Origin: Abditibacterium sp.
GTDB lineage: Bacteria; Armatimonadota; Abditibacteriia; Abditibacteriales; Abditibacteriaceae
Length of the DNA: 64,000 bases
Direction of reading: 5' to 3'
NCBI GenBank assembly: GCA_965199495.1
Contig: CBDASK010000003.1
Location: 2,784,001-2,848,000 of the forward strand
Part shown: positions 35,753 to 46,603 of the stretch, one piece after another
How the letters are laid out: every line of letters starts with the position of its first letter
How positions within the stretch are numbered: position 1 is the stretch's first letter
Position numbers and translations under genes: made by a program
The notes under the pieces: model-generated
What the model was told of the DNA's origin: nothing
The model's database searches: none
What the model saw: only the letters and a program-made list of their open reading frames with translations

Positions 35753-38380
35753 ATGAAAATTCTTTTCACCCCAACGTTGTTGAGCCGTTGGCTGTGCGCC
35801 TTGATGTTGTGTTTTTCATGCAGTATCTCGGCGCACGCGGCCTCTTTACAAACTGCTTTTGGGCCGCAAGGTCTGGCCACGTTGCGTTATGGAAATCTGA
35901 CGCTGGCTGACACCAACGCGCACGAAGGTGACGCGTTTTCGCTTTACGACGTGGACGGCGCACCCGTGGCTCGTGCGTGGGACGCGGCTTCGCAAACTCT
36001 GACGTGGAAATACGGTTGGGGCCAAGTCGCCTGCAAATATACCCAGCGCGGCGACCAACTCAATCTGGATATTGCGATTGACAATCAGGGCAGCAAAACC
36101 ATCGCGGGTTTCAATATGTTTCCGCTCGCGTTGAGTTTTCCAGATTTCCCCAAAGGTTACGACGCGACAACGCCGCACGTCGGTTTTAATAATGATGGCC
36201 CGACGGTTCAGAGCGCCGACTTTGGCAGCGGCATCGTCACGGTGATTAATCGGGACGTGAAAAGTCCGTTGTGTGTTGGGCTAATTTCCAGCAATGATAC
36301 CGCGCAATCGTTTCGTTACAACGTTTATGTCGGCTCGGCGCACCTGTGGTATCAGCCGGGCAACTGGCCGACTTTTAATCGTCCCATCGCGCCGGGTGGA
36401 CACGATTTGTATCAAATTGCGCTGCGGTTTTCGCCGTCTGGCACCGACATCAGTTCCATCGGCGACGATGTTTATAAAAAATTCGCGCAGGCCCATCCAT
36501 CCGAGTTGAACTGGACGGATCGTCGGCCCATCGCGTCGTTGTTTCTATCGTCGGCCTCGGATAATCATCCGGCGTGTAACCCACGCGGTTGGTTCTATAA
36601 CGATGAAAGCGTTGACTGTTTCAACGCCACGGGCCGCGCGCGTTTGCGCCAGCGCGTGATGGATTTCGCCGACGATAGCATCGCCGAAATGAAAAGCGTA
36701 GGCGCGCAGGGCATGGTGACGTGGGACATCGAAGGCCAAGAATATCCGCACTCGACCAGCTATATCGGCGACCCGCGTTTGCTTCCAAGTTTGGCGCCCG
36801 AAATGGACGCCATTGCCGACGAGTATTTCGCCAAATTCCGCGCCGCCGGACTGCGCGTCGGCGTGTGCGTGCGGCCTCAACAGTTGGTCGTGGACAGCAG
36901 CCACGCCGAGCAAGTCTCAGTTGATGACATCGCGCAGCAGTTAATAAATAAGATTCAAACCGCCAAAACGCGTTGGGGCGCCACGCTGTTTTACGTGGAT
37001 TCCAACGGCGGCCCCTACGACCCGACCGACGCCGCGATTTTCCAGCAGGTCGCGCGCGCTCATCCCGACGTTCTGCTGATTCCCGAACACCAGAACGCCG
37101 CCTATTACGCTTTCACCGCGCCTTATAATCAGACCAACGAAAATTCACCTTTCACCTCCGATGAAGTGCGCGCGATTTATCCCAACGCCTTTAGCGTCGT
37201 CAAATTAATGGATGGCAGCGAGCAATTGCGTGGCGCCATCGTCGAGGCGGCGCGTCACGGCGATATTTTGATGTTCAACGGCTGGTATGACAGCGAAGAC
37301 GGCCAACAGGTGCGCGACGCCTATGCCGAAGCGACCAACGCGCTGTTGGTCACCACAACCAAAGATGTCATTGACGCAAACGACGGCAAAAACTCGTTAC
37401 GCGAGGCGATGATTTACGCCAACCAATCGGGGCGAGCGTGTCAGATTACTTTTGCCGACAACGTGCGCGGTACGATTAAGCTGGGCGGCGATTCGCTGCC
37501 CGCGCTGACGGGTGATTGCGAAATCGTCGGGCCGGGCGCCGCGTTTTTGACCCTTAACGCGAATAACCAAAGCGGCATTTTCCGCATCGAAAAAAGCGCG
37601 AATGTGACGCTTTTGGGTTTGACTCTCTGCGGCGGCAACGCGGGCGAATCGGTCGGTTATAACGGCGGTGCGATTTGTAGCGAAGGCGCTTTGACGCTGC
37701 GTTCGAGCGTTTTGCGCGATAATCACGGCAACGCGGGCGGCGCGATTTTCAATTTGGGCCGCGAGGTTTCCATCGAGCGTTGCACGTTTTCGGGCAACAT
37801 CGGCAATCACGTCGGCGGCGCGATTTTCAGCGCCAATGGCGCATTGGCGCTGTGGCAATGCACGCTGAGCGGCAATTCTGCGCCCGATGCGAGCGGCGGC
37901 GGCGGCGCGATTTGCGCCAACACGGTGGATTTGACTTTGGAATCCTGCACGCTGACCCGCAACAGCGGCTCGCGCAATCGCGGCGGCGTGTGGTTTCAGG
38001 GCGGCGTTTTGACGCTGCACAACTCGATCTTGGCGGGCAACGGCGCGCGCGATGTGGACATGTATGGCGGCTCGCTGACAACGAACGGCTATAATTTGGT
38101 CGGCGCGGCCTCGCCGACATGGAACTGGGTTTGGACGCGCACCGACAAACGCGGCGCCGTGGCTGGTCTCGACCAACTGCGTGATAACGGCGCTCAAACG
38201 CCGACTTGTGCGTTAATGCCCAATAGCGCCGCGCTGAATGCGGGCGATCCGAATATGAACGACGCCACCGACCAACGCGGCGCGCCGCGCGTGAGCGGCG
38301 GTCGCGCCGACATCGGCGCCTTTGAAGTTCAAGTTCCCGCGAGCGGGTCGTTTCAAACGTCGTCGGGTGGTAATTCGTAG
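35753..38380 (+). CDS. Large secreted protein: unknown, possibly glycosidase-like, N-terminal region plus CSLREA-like and choice-of-anchor-Q-like beta-helix region
   Basis: Signal peptide; DGKNSLREA; repeated GGAI; TDQRG..R...DIGAFE. Confidence 0.75.
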   Translation: MKILFTPTLLSRWLCALMLCFSCSISAHAASLQTAFGPQGLATLRYGNLTLADTNAHEGDAFSLYDVDGAPVARAWDAASQTLTWKYGWGQVACKYTQRGDQLNLDIAIDNQGSKTIAGFNMFPLALSFPDFPKGYDATTPHVGFNNDGPTVQSADFGSGIVTVINRDVKSPLCVGLISSNDTAQSFRYNVYVGSAHLWYQPGNWPTFNRPIAPGGHDLYQIALRFSPSGTDISSIGDDVYKKFAQAHPSELNWTDRRPIASLFLSSASDNHPACNPRGWFYNDESVDCFNATGRARLRQRVMDFADDSIAEMKSVGAQGMVTWDIEGQEYPHSTSYIGDPRLLPSLAPEMDAIADEYFAKFRAAGLRVGVCVRPQQLVVDSSHAEQVSVDDIAQQLINKIQTAKTRWGATLFYVDSNGGPYDPTDAAIFQQVARAHPDVLLIPEHQNAAYYAFTAPYNQTNENSPFTSDEVRAIYPNAFSVVKLMDGSEQLRGAIVEAARHGDILMFNGWYDSEDGQQVRDAYAEATNALLVTTTKDVIDANDGKNSLREAMIYANQSGRACQITFADNVRGTIKLGGDSLPALTGDCEIVGPGAAFLTLNANNQSGIFRIEKSANVTLLGLTLCGGNAGESVGYNGGAICSEGALTLRSSVLRDNHGNAGGAIFNLGREVSIERCTFSGNIGNHVGGAIFSANGALALWQCTLSGNSAPDASGGGGAICANTVDLTLESCTLTRNSGSRNRGGVWFQGGVLTLHNSILAGNGARDVDMYGGSLTTNGYNLVGAASPTWNWVWTRTDKRGAVAGLDQLRDNGAQTPTCALMPNSAALNAGDPNMNDATDQRGAPRVSGGRADIGAFEVQVPASGSFQTSSGGNS

Positions 38381-38405
38381 GCTTTAGGTTGTGGCAATTG
38401 CTTGC

Positions 38406-38566
38406 TTTTCCCTCACCCGGCCTCGTGAAACTCGGCCACCCTCTCCCGGAGGGAGAAGGTTATTTGCGCACGCTATTTTCAAGATCTATCTTGGGAGTTG
38501 GAGGGCGAACTACCTTCTCCCTCCGGGAGAGGGTGGCCGAGTTTCACGAGGCCGGGTGAGGGAAAA
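38406..38566. repeat. Long inverted repeat, CCCTCACCC/CCCTCTCCC type (55-bp arms; family F-like)
   Basis: Arms 38406-38460 and 38512-38566. Confidence 0.9.
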
Positions 38567-38585
38567 CCTATCGCTTTTCTCAGAC

Positions 38586-39605
38586 TTACACAGCCACGGC
38601 GAGCGCCGGTTCGAGCGTTTGGCAAACCTGCGCCGCCAACTCGAACGAACGCAAACGCGCCCGATGATCGTGAATCATCGCCGTCAGCATCAGTTCGTCG
38701 GCGCTGGTTTGTTCGATTAATCGTTGCAAACCGGCGCGCACCGTTGTGGGCGCGCCGACGAACGAAAACGCCAGCGAACGATCGATGTTCTGTTGCTCGT
38801 ATTCGCTCCACGGGCGTTCGCCGTTTTCGAGCGGCGCGGGCAATTGGCCGGGCGTGCCGCGTCGCAAATTGACGAATGCTTGCTCGACCGAAGTAAATAA
38901 GCGGCGCGCTTCTTCGTCCGAATCGGCGGCGAAAACGTTGGCGACGATCATCGCGTAGGGTTTGTCGAGGGTTTCGGACGGCTCAAAATTGTCGCGATAA
39001 ATCGAAAGCGCCTGCATCAACAAATCGGGCGCGAAGTGCGAGGCAAACGCGAACGGCAAACCCAATTGCGCGGCCAGACTCGCCGAATAAACGCTCGAAC
39101 CCAACAACCAAATCGGCACGTTTGTGCCTTCGCCCGGCACCGCGCGCACGCGTTGGCCCGGCGCGCTCGGCGCCAGATAACGCTGCAATTCCAAAACATC
39201 TTGCGGGAACGAATCGGCGCCTTTGCTACTGTCGCGGCGCAGGGCGCGCATCGTCAGTTGGTCGGTGCCGGGCGCGCGGCCCAAACCCAAATCAATACGA
39301 TTGGGATACAACGTTTCGAGCGTGCCGAAGTTCTCGGCGACGACCAAGGGCGCGTGATTGGGCAGCATCACGCCGCCCGAACCGACGCGAATCGTGTCGG
39401 TTCCGCTCGCGATATGTCCGATGACAACCGCCGTGGCTGAGGACGCGATGCCCGGCATATTGTGATGCTCGGCGACCCAAAAACGCTGGTAGCCCAATCG
39501 CTCGGCGTGTTGCGCGAGGTCGAGCGCATTATCCAAAGCCGTGCGCGCATCGGTGCCCGCAGCAATCGGCGCCAAATCGAGAATGGAATAGGGAATGTTC
39601 GTCAT
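38586..39605 (-). CDS. LLM class flavin-dependent oxidoreductase (luciferase-like)
   Basis: [38 protein letters not shown]. Confidence 0.93.
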   Translation of the reverse strand: MTNIPYSILDLAPIAAGTDARTALDNALDLAQHAERLGYQRFWVAEHHNMPGIASSATAVVIGHIASGTDTIRVGSGGVMLPNHAPLVVAENFGTLETLYPNRIDLGLGRAPGTDQLTMRALRRDSSKGADSFPQDVLELQRYLAPSAPGQRVRAVPGEGTNVPIWLLGSSVYSASLAAQLGLPFAFASHFAPDLLMQALSIYRDNFEPSETLDKPYAMIVANVFAADSDEEARRLFTSVEQAFVNLRRGTPGQLPAPLENGERPWSEYEQQNIDRSLAFSFVGAPTTVRAGLQRLIEQTSADELMLTAMIHDHRARLRSFELAAQVCQTLEPALAVAV

Positions 39606-39684
39606 AATTGAAACTTTTTGTGTTACATATTAGACGAATGAATGGGGATTTGGCTCCGATTGTAGCAGCCACGCCGACAGGCGA

Positions 39685-40311
39685 TTATTTGGTGAGCGCG
39701 AACGCTTGTAATTCGCCGTGAATCGGACAATGATAAACCGGCTGTTTTTGGCCGCGCTTCCAGATAATGAGCCATTGTTTCGATTGACGAATGCCCGCGT
39801 AAACGTTGAAAGATGCGACTGTGGCCGCAATGTAAGAACCGGAAAAATATATTTTTCCGACGATATACCTGCGACAGGTAAAAGCGTATTCGCTATAGCT
39901 TCCTTCCGCGAATTCGTATTTCTCCTGCGGCCCCGTGCGTATTTGCAGATATGGCATAGTTGAGGACACAACGAGATTTGGATTAATATTTTTCTCGTTC
40001 GGGTTTTCGCTATCATAGACAGAGGTGCCGGAAATCTGTGGGAATTTAGCAGGTTCGATAAAGGGAAAGATATGCAACTTATCGGTATATATGTAACGAT
40101 AAAAATTAGTGACGCGCAGAGGACTCTGCCACAAGGAATGTTTGCCGAATCTTTTGCGATTGCTGACCGCGCTCATGGCCACAAAGTGTGGCGGCGAATC
40201 GCCTACGCTGCACAACTGGACGAATTGGAAGAACTGCCAAGTGACCCCTAGCACGAGGGTGATACCGCAAAATACCAAGATGGGTTCTTTAATCGGGCGC
40301 CGATTGTCCAT
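39685..40311 (-). CDS. Hypothetical membrane-anchored protein, AT-rich
   Basis: 208-aa ORF filling the gap between genes; N-terminal TM; TAAAAT 6 nt upstream of the ATG. Confidence 0.55.
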   Translation of the reverse strand: MDNRRPIKEPILVFCGITLVLGVTWQFFQFVQLCSVGDSPPHFVAMSAVSNRKRFGKHSLWQSPLRVTNFYRYIYTDKLHIFPFIEPAKFPQISGTSVYDSENPNEKNINPNLVVSSTMPYLQIRTGPQEKYEFAEGSYSEYAFTCRRYIVGKIYFSGSYIAATVASFNVYAGIRQSKQWLIIWKRGQKQPVYHCPIHGELQAFALTK

Positions 40312-40373
40312 GATGTGATTTTATCAAAATTCCGTTTGTAGAGACGCGATAGACCGGTGTTTCTACGGGAAAA

Positions 40374-43300
40374 CTAAACCGACTTCGCTTTGCCGACCGG
40401 AATTGCGACCGTGCCGCGACGCGCGAGTTTGTTCCAGCCCGCGCGGTGTCCGGCGATGGCCGTCCACAGCGATTTCCAGATCACGACGTAAAGCATCTGG
40501 CGATAGACGAAGCGTTGCCAGAACAGCCACCACAACAGGCTTTTGTCTTCCTTGTCCATGCGGATGGCGACGTAGGCGCCCGCCAACTCGACGGCGAAGA
40601 AGACAGCGTAGAAGAAGCCGACTTTTTCCAGAAAAAACGCGGTCTGCGGGTCGGGCGCCCACTGGCCGTGGCCGCTGCCGTTGAGATACCAACTGGCGAT
40701 GGTCGCAATCGCCGCGAAGACCAGTTGAATGTCAACGAGCGGCGCCAAAACCTGCAATACGAACTGGAAAACCGCGATTGTCGGCAGGGCCAGCCGCCCG
40801 AAAAAGCCGTGGCGGCCCATCGCGCGCCGGTGTTTGTGCAAGCATTGCAGCGTGCCATAAGCCCAGCGAAACCGTTGTTTGGACAGTGCGCTCATCGAAT
40901 CGGGCGCTTCGGTGAAGGCCAGCGCGCGCGTTTCGTTGCGCAGAATCCAGCCGTCGCGGCGCAATCGCCACGTCAAATCCATGTCTTCGGCCAAAGTGTC
41001 GGTGATATAGCCGCCGACGCTACGCACTGCGTCGCGTCGCCACGCGCCGATGGCGCCCGGCACGACGGTGATGGCGTTGACCAAACCGTAGGCGCGCCGA
41101 TCCAAATTCTGGCTGGTGATGTATTCGATAGCCTGCCAACGCGTCAAAACGTTGAGCCGATTGCCGACTTTGACGTTACCAGCCACGGCGCCGACTTTGG
41201 GGTCGGTGAAGTGGCGCACCAACAACCCAATCGCGTCGGGCGCGACCTGCGTATCGGCGTCGAAACCAACGGTGATTTCGCCTTTGGCGACTGTCAAAGC
41301 GTAGTTCAATGCCGCTGCTTTGCCGCCGTTTTGCTGGCGCATTAATCGAACGCGCGGTTCGTCGCCAAACGCGGTTTCGACGACGTGGCTGGTGTTATCT
41401 TTGGAGCCGTCGTCGACCACGATGATCTCGAAATTGGCATAATCGCTGCCCAAAACCGAGCGAATCGTGCTTTCGATGGTTTTCTCTTCGTTGTAACCGG
41501 CGATAATCACCGAAACGAGCGGCAGATAATTCGCATCGAAAACCAACTGTTTTTCGCGCTTACGCTCGATGGCGGCGAGGGGCAAAATAAAGGCGACGCG
41601 CGCGATGCCCAGCGCGATGGCGGCGATGAAACCGGCGACCAAAAGCCACTGCGCGCCGAAGAGCAAATCGAACATGGTGCGCTCGAAGCGCACTGAATCT
41701 AATTCGTTGGCCGAAACGACCGGCATCATGGCGGCGCGCCCGCCCGCCAACTGCGAAACCGGCACGAACTTAAATCCGCGCTGTTTCAATTCGGGAATAA
41801 TCGTCTTCAAAATTTCCAGCGTGCGCGCGCGGTCGCCGCCCGCGTCGTGCAGCAAAATGATATTACCTTTGACGCTATTGGTGTCTTTCAATTTGAGGTT
41901 ATCGGCGTCTTTCAGGATGTCGCGAATCATCTCTTGCGGCGTGCGCGGCGACTGCGAGCCGTCGGGCGCGACGTTAATCGGGTTCCAATCCTGCGGGTCA
42001 ATGAACTCGCCGATGGTGATGTAACCCAAACGCGCGGCCTCGGTGACCGGCTCGACTTGTTCGGCGGTTTCGGGTTCGGCGTCGGCGTTGTAGGGCGGGC
42101 GAAACATCCGCGTCGAATGGCCGGTGATGCCTTCGATGGCGCTCTGCGTCGCGTTGATTTCGAGCTTGGCGCGGCGCGGCGAAACCAACGCGATGTTGGG
42201 ATGCGTGAAGGTGTGGTTGCCCAAATCGTGGCCTTCGTCGTAGATGCGGCGCACCAAATTCGGATATTTTTCGACGTTATCGCCAACCAGAAAAAACGAG
42301 GCTTTGACGTTGTTACGCTTGAGAATATCCAAAATTTGCGGCGTCCATTGCGGGTCGGGGCCGTCGTCGAACGTCAAAGCCAGCTCGTTCTTAGAAAAGC
42401 CGCTGCGCTTAATCACGATGGGCGAGGGAAATTTTTGATACTCCTCGTCGGTGACGAGTTTTGTCGTCGAATCGAGTTCCAATTGGCGCTGTCCGGTTTG
42501 CGCCTGCTGCGCGACGGTGAGAATTTCGCCCTGCCCCGTGAAACTGACTTCGTAGGGAAACTTCACTGAATCCAAATCTCGGATGGAAAACCCGGTTTCG
42601 TCGCGGCGAAAAAAGCTCCACAGCGACGGGTCTTCGGCGCCCAGATACCACAACGCGTCGCCGCGCAAATGGGCGCGTTTGGCGAGTTGCCACTGGTTGT
42701 AGGCGCTGGCCGCATCGAGCATCCAGACTTCATGATCGTGGCCGTTTTCGTCCTGATATTCGTAGGTCGCGTTGAGCGATTGCGGGTCGAAATCTACCGC
42801 CTGTTGCGGCGTTTCGTCTTTGCCCGCGTCGTCCTGCGCCTTGAAAAGCGCCTCTTCGTAGGTCAGCGAATCCGCCTGGGATTTGCTGTTGCGCGTCCAA
42901 TCGTAGGCGTAGTTGCCCACGCCCAAAACCAACTTTTGCGGTTCAACGACCGCGCTGGCGCGCCTGACCAAAGCCGCGCCCCAATCGAAGCTGGCAATTG
43001 GGCCGGGCGCGTCAACTTCGGCGTGTTGGTCGTAGGCCATCAACACCGCGAAATCGCACGGCGCCGCCATTTGCTTCATCTGCGCATCGGATAGACCGGC
43101 TTCCAAATCGGTCGAAAACGACAGACCCGACGCGTGCAAATTCTGGCTGAGCGCGCCCATAAACGCGATCAATTTCGGTTGGTCGGCGGGCACCAAACTC
43201 TCGAAGTCGAGGTTGAGACCCTGAAATTTATTTTGCGTCAACCATTGTTTCAGCGCGCCGATAAGTTTGGTTTGCGCGGCGGGCGAAGCGAGCAATTGAT

Positions 43301-43889
43301 GCACGCGCGCCGTATCGAACGAGGCGCCGTGCGCGTTGGAAAGCAACGGGCAAATGGCGACGTGGCTGCGTTGCGCGATCTGAATGACGGCGCGGTTACC
43401 GGGGTTTTGCTCGAAATTAAAATCGGTCAAATCCAAGCCGTCGCTGCTGTCGTTGAGACCCAGCCACGTCGGGATGACGTGCGTCAAATGCGCCGATTGC
43501 GCGCGCAGCGAAGCCAAACCAGTGGATTGCCACGGCGCATAAAACGCCGCCACAATCGGCGCGTTGGAGCCGGATTGCACGATGGACGGCACGGGCGCCA
43601 GCGCATTGGCCGCGCGTTTTTCGCGGCTGACTTCGCGCAAAAGCGCGTCGTGCCCGCGCTCGAAGCTCAGGCGTTGGCGCGCATCGTTGCGCGAGGGCAA
43701 TTCGGGCAGCAGTTTCGCCACGCGCGCGCCCAGGCTCTCTGTGGACGCGCCGAGGAACGGAATCGCCAACAGCGACAGAATAAACAGCGTCATGGCGACG
43801 GTAAAGACCGTCGCCACAACCAAGCCCAAACGTTTGACCCAGACGCGCCGCGCGCCCGACTCATCGAAAAATACCGGTTGTGAACTCAT
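40374..43889 (-). CDS. GH18-like / polysaccharide deacetylase (CE4) / GT2 fusion protein
   Basis: GLNLDFE and MAYD (GH18); LTFDDGP, GNHTFTH, FRPPY, LLHD (CE4); DDGS, DAD, AED, QRFRW (GT2). Confidence 0.92.
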   Translation of the reverse strand: MSSQPVFFDESGARRVWVKRLGLVVATVFTVAMTLFILSLLAIPFLGASTESLGARVAKLLPELPSRNDARQRLSFERGHDALLREVSREKRAANALAPVPSIVQSGSNAPIVAAFYAPWQSTGLASLRAQSAHLTHVIPTWLGLNDSSDGLDLTDFNFEQNPGNRAVIQIAQRSHVAICPLLSNAHGASFDTARVHQLLASPAAQTKLIGALKQWLTQNKFQGLNLDFESLVPADQPKLIAFMGALSQNLHASGLSFSTDLEAGLSDAQMKQMAAPCDFAVLMAYDQHAEVDAPGPIASFDWGAALVRRASAVVEPQKLVLGVGNYAYDWTRNSKSQADSLTYEEALFKAQDDAGKDETPQQAVDFDPQSLNATYEYQDENGHDHEVWMLDAASAYNQWQLAKRAHLRGDALWYLGAEDPSLWSFFRRDETGFSIRDLDSVKFPYEVSFTGQGEILTVAQQAQTGQRQLELDSTTKLVTDEEYQKFPSPIVIKRSGFSKNELALTFDDGPDPQWTPQILDILKRNNVKASFFLVGDNVEKYPNLVRRIYDEGHDLGNHTFTHPNIALVSPRRAKLEINATQSAIEGITGHSTRMFRPPYNADAEPETAEQVEPVTEAARLGYITIGEFIDPQDWNPINVAPDGSQSPRTPQEMIRDILKDADNLKLKDTNSVKGNIILLHDAGGDRARTLEILKTIIPELKQRGFKFVPVSQLAGGRAAMMPVVSANELDSVRFERTMFDLLFGAQWLLVAGFIAAIALGIARVAFILPLAAIERKREKQLVFDANYLPLVSVIIAGYNEEKTIESTIRSVLGSDYANFEIIVVDDGSKDNTSHVVETAFGDEPRVRLMRQQNGGKAAALNYALTVAKGEITVGFDADTQVAPDAIGLLVRHFTDPKVGAVAGNVKVGNRLNVLTRWQAIEYITSQNLDRRAYGLVNAITVVPGAIGAWRRDAVRSVGGYITDTLAEDMDLTWRLRRDGWILRNETRALAFTEAPDSMSALSKQRFRWAYGTLQCLHKHRRAMGRHGFFGRLALPTIAVFQFVLQVLAPLVDIQLVFAAIATIASWYLNGSGHGQWAPDPQTAFFLEKVGFFYAVFFAVELAGAYVAIRMDKEDKSLLWWLFWQRFVYRQMLYVVIWKSLWTAIAGHRAGWNKLARRGTVAIPVGKAKSV

Positions 43890-44010
43890 AAAAATAAACC
43901 TTGGGGAATCGTTCATTTTTACGCTTGATATTCGCTCGCGCGCGTGAGAAGTTGCTTAACCAAAGCGCGCGTTTTAACAATAGTTTGCAGGATGCGTTTT
44001 TCGATGAAAT

Positions 44011-45015
44011 TCACGCCAGCAATTGCTCGATTTGCGGCGGCGTGGCTTTGTTGTGGAGCCATTCGCGTAGCGCGAGTTTGGCTTCGAGTTGCTCGTGCGC
44101 AGTTGGCGCTTGCCGAACTGATGCTTGGCCCAAAGTCCTCATATCGTCTTCAATGCAGGAGTGATACTGGAGCAAATTTGGCTGGGCCTGTGGCATGAAG
44201 TGGGCGCGGAATACCGAATCCCACAATTCCAAAAGTTTGAGTTCAGCCTCCAAACTCTTTGTAGGAGCATTGCCATAAATTCTGCCTTGAATTGGAATGA
44301 TGCAAATCCTCCAGTGCCATCTTGGGGCGTGTCGCCAGAGCAGACCGGAACTGAGCAGAACCTTGCGCATAAGATGCGTCAATTCGTCCATATTTCCGTT
44401 GTATCCGGTGAGCATCTGGATTTTTGCATTTCGTGAAAGTGAGGCCCATTGCCAGGCAAATCGTGCATCACTGTCTCGGTCTTTCCAACAGTTGAGTAGT
44501 TGCCCTTTCATTTCGCTCTGTGGAGGTGAGAATTCGGCGGGACGACTGCTGATTTTGAATTGAAGAAAGTCGTTCCGATTCGTTGTTGGACACCATGAAA
44601 AGTAGGGATGTTTGTGCACCGCCACACGAGGAGAATCGGGTAGTTCCGGAAGATAAACAACTGAAATTGGAACTATTTTGACTCCCCACCTGTTTTGGCG
44701 AAAAGCGCGCTCAATTAGTGATCTCATCTGACTGCTCCCACGACTGGAGAAGCGCCATTTGCATGGTGGGCGCGGCCCACCATATTCAACATAGCGATGC
44801 AAAAGACGGCTTGGATTGCGGCGGCAGTAAAGCCCGACATGGGTCGTGAGAAACCATTCGCCCGCACTTTTATCGTTCTCGAAAGAGCAAATCAGCACGG
44901 CTTGGTCTGTTTCGGGCCACTGCTCTAAACGCGCGATAACCATTCGCTTTTGTCCACGCCATTGCACTTCGACGCGCAACGTTAAATCTTCAAAACCGGG
45001 ATAAATCTCGAACAT
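44011..45015 (-). CDS. Hypothetical protein with atypical composition
   Basis: 334-aa ORF filling the gap; Trp/Arg-rich; C-terminal PTAHEQLEAKLALREWL. Confidence 0.6.
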   Translation of the reverse strand: MFEIYPGFEDLTLRVEVQWRGQKRMVIARLEQWPETDQAVLICSFENDKSAGEWFLTTHVGLYCRRNPSRLLHRYVEYGGPRPPCKWRFSSRGSSQMRSLIERAFRQNRWGVKIVPISVVYLPELPDSPRVAVHKHPYFSWCPTTNRNDFLQFKISSRPAEFSPPQSEMKGQLLNCWKDRDSDARFAWQWASLSRNAKIQMLTGYNGNMDELTHLMRKVLLSSGLLWRHAPRWHWRICIIPIQGRIYGNAPTKSLEAELKLLELWDSVFRAHFMPQAQPNLLQYHSCIEDDMRTLGQASVRQAPTAHEQLEAKLALREWLHNKATPPQIEQLLA

Positions 45016-45065
45016 CCATCAAGTATTATCCGAAACCAAATCGGCGTTTGCTAAACTGCCCCGCC

Positions 45066-46583
45066 GTGTCCACGCTCCCCGTTACGCCCGCGCGCCAAGA
45101 GTTTCGCGCGCTTTGCGACCAAGGCAATCTTATTCCGGTTTCGCTCGAAATTTTAGCCGATCTGGAAACGCCGATTTCGGCGTTTCTCAAATTGCGTCAG
45201 GCGCGGCCTTACGATCCGGCGTGGCTGCTCGAATCGGTCGAGGGCGGCGAGAATATCGGTCGCTATTCGTTTCTGGGCGTCGGCGCGCGCGGCCAACTGC
45301 GGGTGCGCGGGCGCGAAGTCACGCTCGCTTTCGATGGGCAAAGCCGCACTTTTGAACTCGCGCCGGGCCGCGATCCACTTCACGTCGTCGAAGATGTGAT
45401 GGCGCAATTTCAGTTCGTAGATTTGCCACATTTGCCCAAGTTTTGCGGCGGCGCCGTCGGGTTTCTGGGTTGGGATTTGGTGCGATTCTTCGAGCGTTTG
45501 CCCGACGCGCCGCCCGACGACCGCGATTTGGACGATTGTCATCTGCTCTTCACCGACACTGTTTTGATATTTGATGCCGTGCGTCACACCTTCACCATTG
45601 TTTCGTGCGCGCTCATCGAAGACGACGCTGATGCCGCCTACGATGCAGCCACGGCGCGCATCGTAGCGACGTTGCAAACGCTCGTCAACGAAGAATTAAG
45701 TGCCTCGCTGATGCCGGTCTCGGAGCCGACCGAGCCGGAGCCGCAATCGAATTTTCCGTCGCGCGCGGCGTTTGAGGAAACCGTTCAAAAATGTATTGAT
45801 TACATTCACGCGGGCGATTGCGTGCAGGTCGTGCCGTCGCAGCGTTTCAGCGCGCCGTGCGAGGCGGAGCCGTTCGCGGTTTATCGGGCGCTACGCCATC
45901 TGAGTCCGGCGCCTTATATGGTGTTTTTGGATTTCGGCGACAAACAGTTGGTCGCCGCCTCGCCCGAAATTTTGGTGACCGAAGACGATGGCGATGTTTT
46001 GATTCGTCCGCTCGCCGGGACGCGCCGTCGCGGCGAAAGCGACGAGGAAGACGACGCTTTAGAAGCCGAATTGTTGGCCGACCCGAAAGAGCGCGCCGAA
46101 CATGTTATGTTAGTAGATTTGGCACGCAACGACTTGGGCCGCGTCTGCGAATATGGCAGCGTCGAGGTTGACAAATTGATGTATGTGCAGAAGTTCAGTC
46201 ACGTCATGCACATCGTCAGCGATGTCGTGGGCGTTTTGCGCGAAGACAAAAATTGCTACGACGTTTTGCGCGCCAGTTTTCCGGCGGGCACTTTGTCGGG
46301 CGCGCCCAAAGTGCGCGCGATGCAAATCATTGACGAAGTCGAGCCGACGCGACGCGGGCCGTATGGCGGCGCGATGGGTTATTTTTCGTTTAACGGCAAC
46401 ATGGATACGTGTATTACGTTGCGCACAATTGTGATCAAAGACGGCGTGGCTTATGTGCAGGCGGGCGGCGGCGTCGTCGCCGATTCGGTTCCGGCGCTCG
46501 AATACGAAGAGACCCGCAACAAAGCGCGCGCGGCCTTGCGCGCGCTGGCGTTGGCGGGATTGCATAATAAATCAGGCGAATAA
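45066..46583 (+). CDS. trpE: Anthranilate synthase component I
   Basis: ADLETP, LLES, SPAPYM, PLAGT, AEHVMLVDLARND, PAGTLSGAPK. Confidence 0.93.
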   Translation: MSTLPVTPARQEFRALCDQGNLIPVSLEILADLETPISAFLKLRQARPYDPAWLLESVEGGENIGRYSFLGVGARGQLRVRGREVTLAFDGQSRTFELAPGRDPLHVVEDVMAQFQFVDLPHLPKFCGGAVGFLGWDLVRFFERLPDAPPDDRDLDDCHLLFTDTVLIFDAVRHTFTIVSCALIEDDADAAYDAATARIVATLQTLVNEELSASLMPVSEPTEPEPQSNFPSRAAFEETVQKCIDYIHAGDCVQVVPSQRFSAPCEAEPFAVYRALRHLSPAPYMVFLDFGDKQLVAASPEILVTEDDGDVLIRPLAGTRRRGESDEEDDALEAELLADPKERAEHVMLVDLARNDLGRVCEYGSVEVDKLMYVQKFSHVMHIVSDVVGVLREDKNCYDVLRASFPAGTLSGAPKVRAMQIIDEVEPTRRGPYGGAMGYFSFNGNMDTCITLRTIVIKDGVAYVQAGGGVVADSVPALEYEETRNKARAALRALALAGLHNKSGE

Positions 46584-46603
46584 TTTTTATGTATCCTTGA
46601 ATC

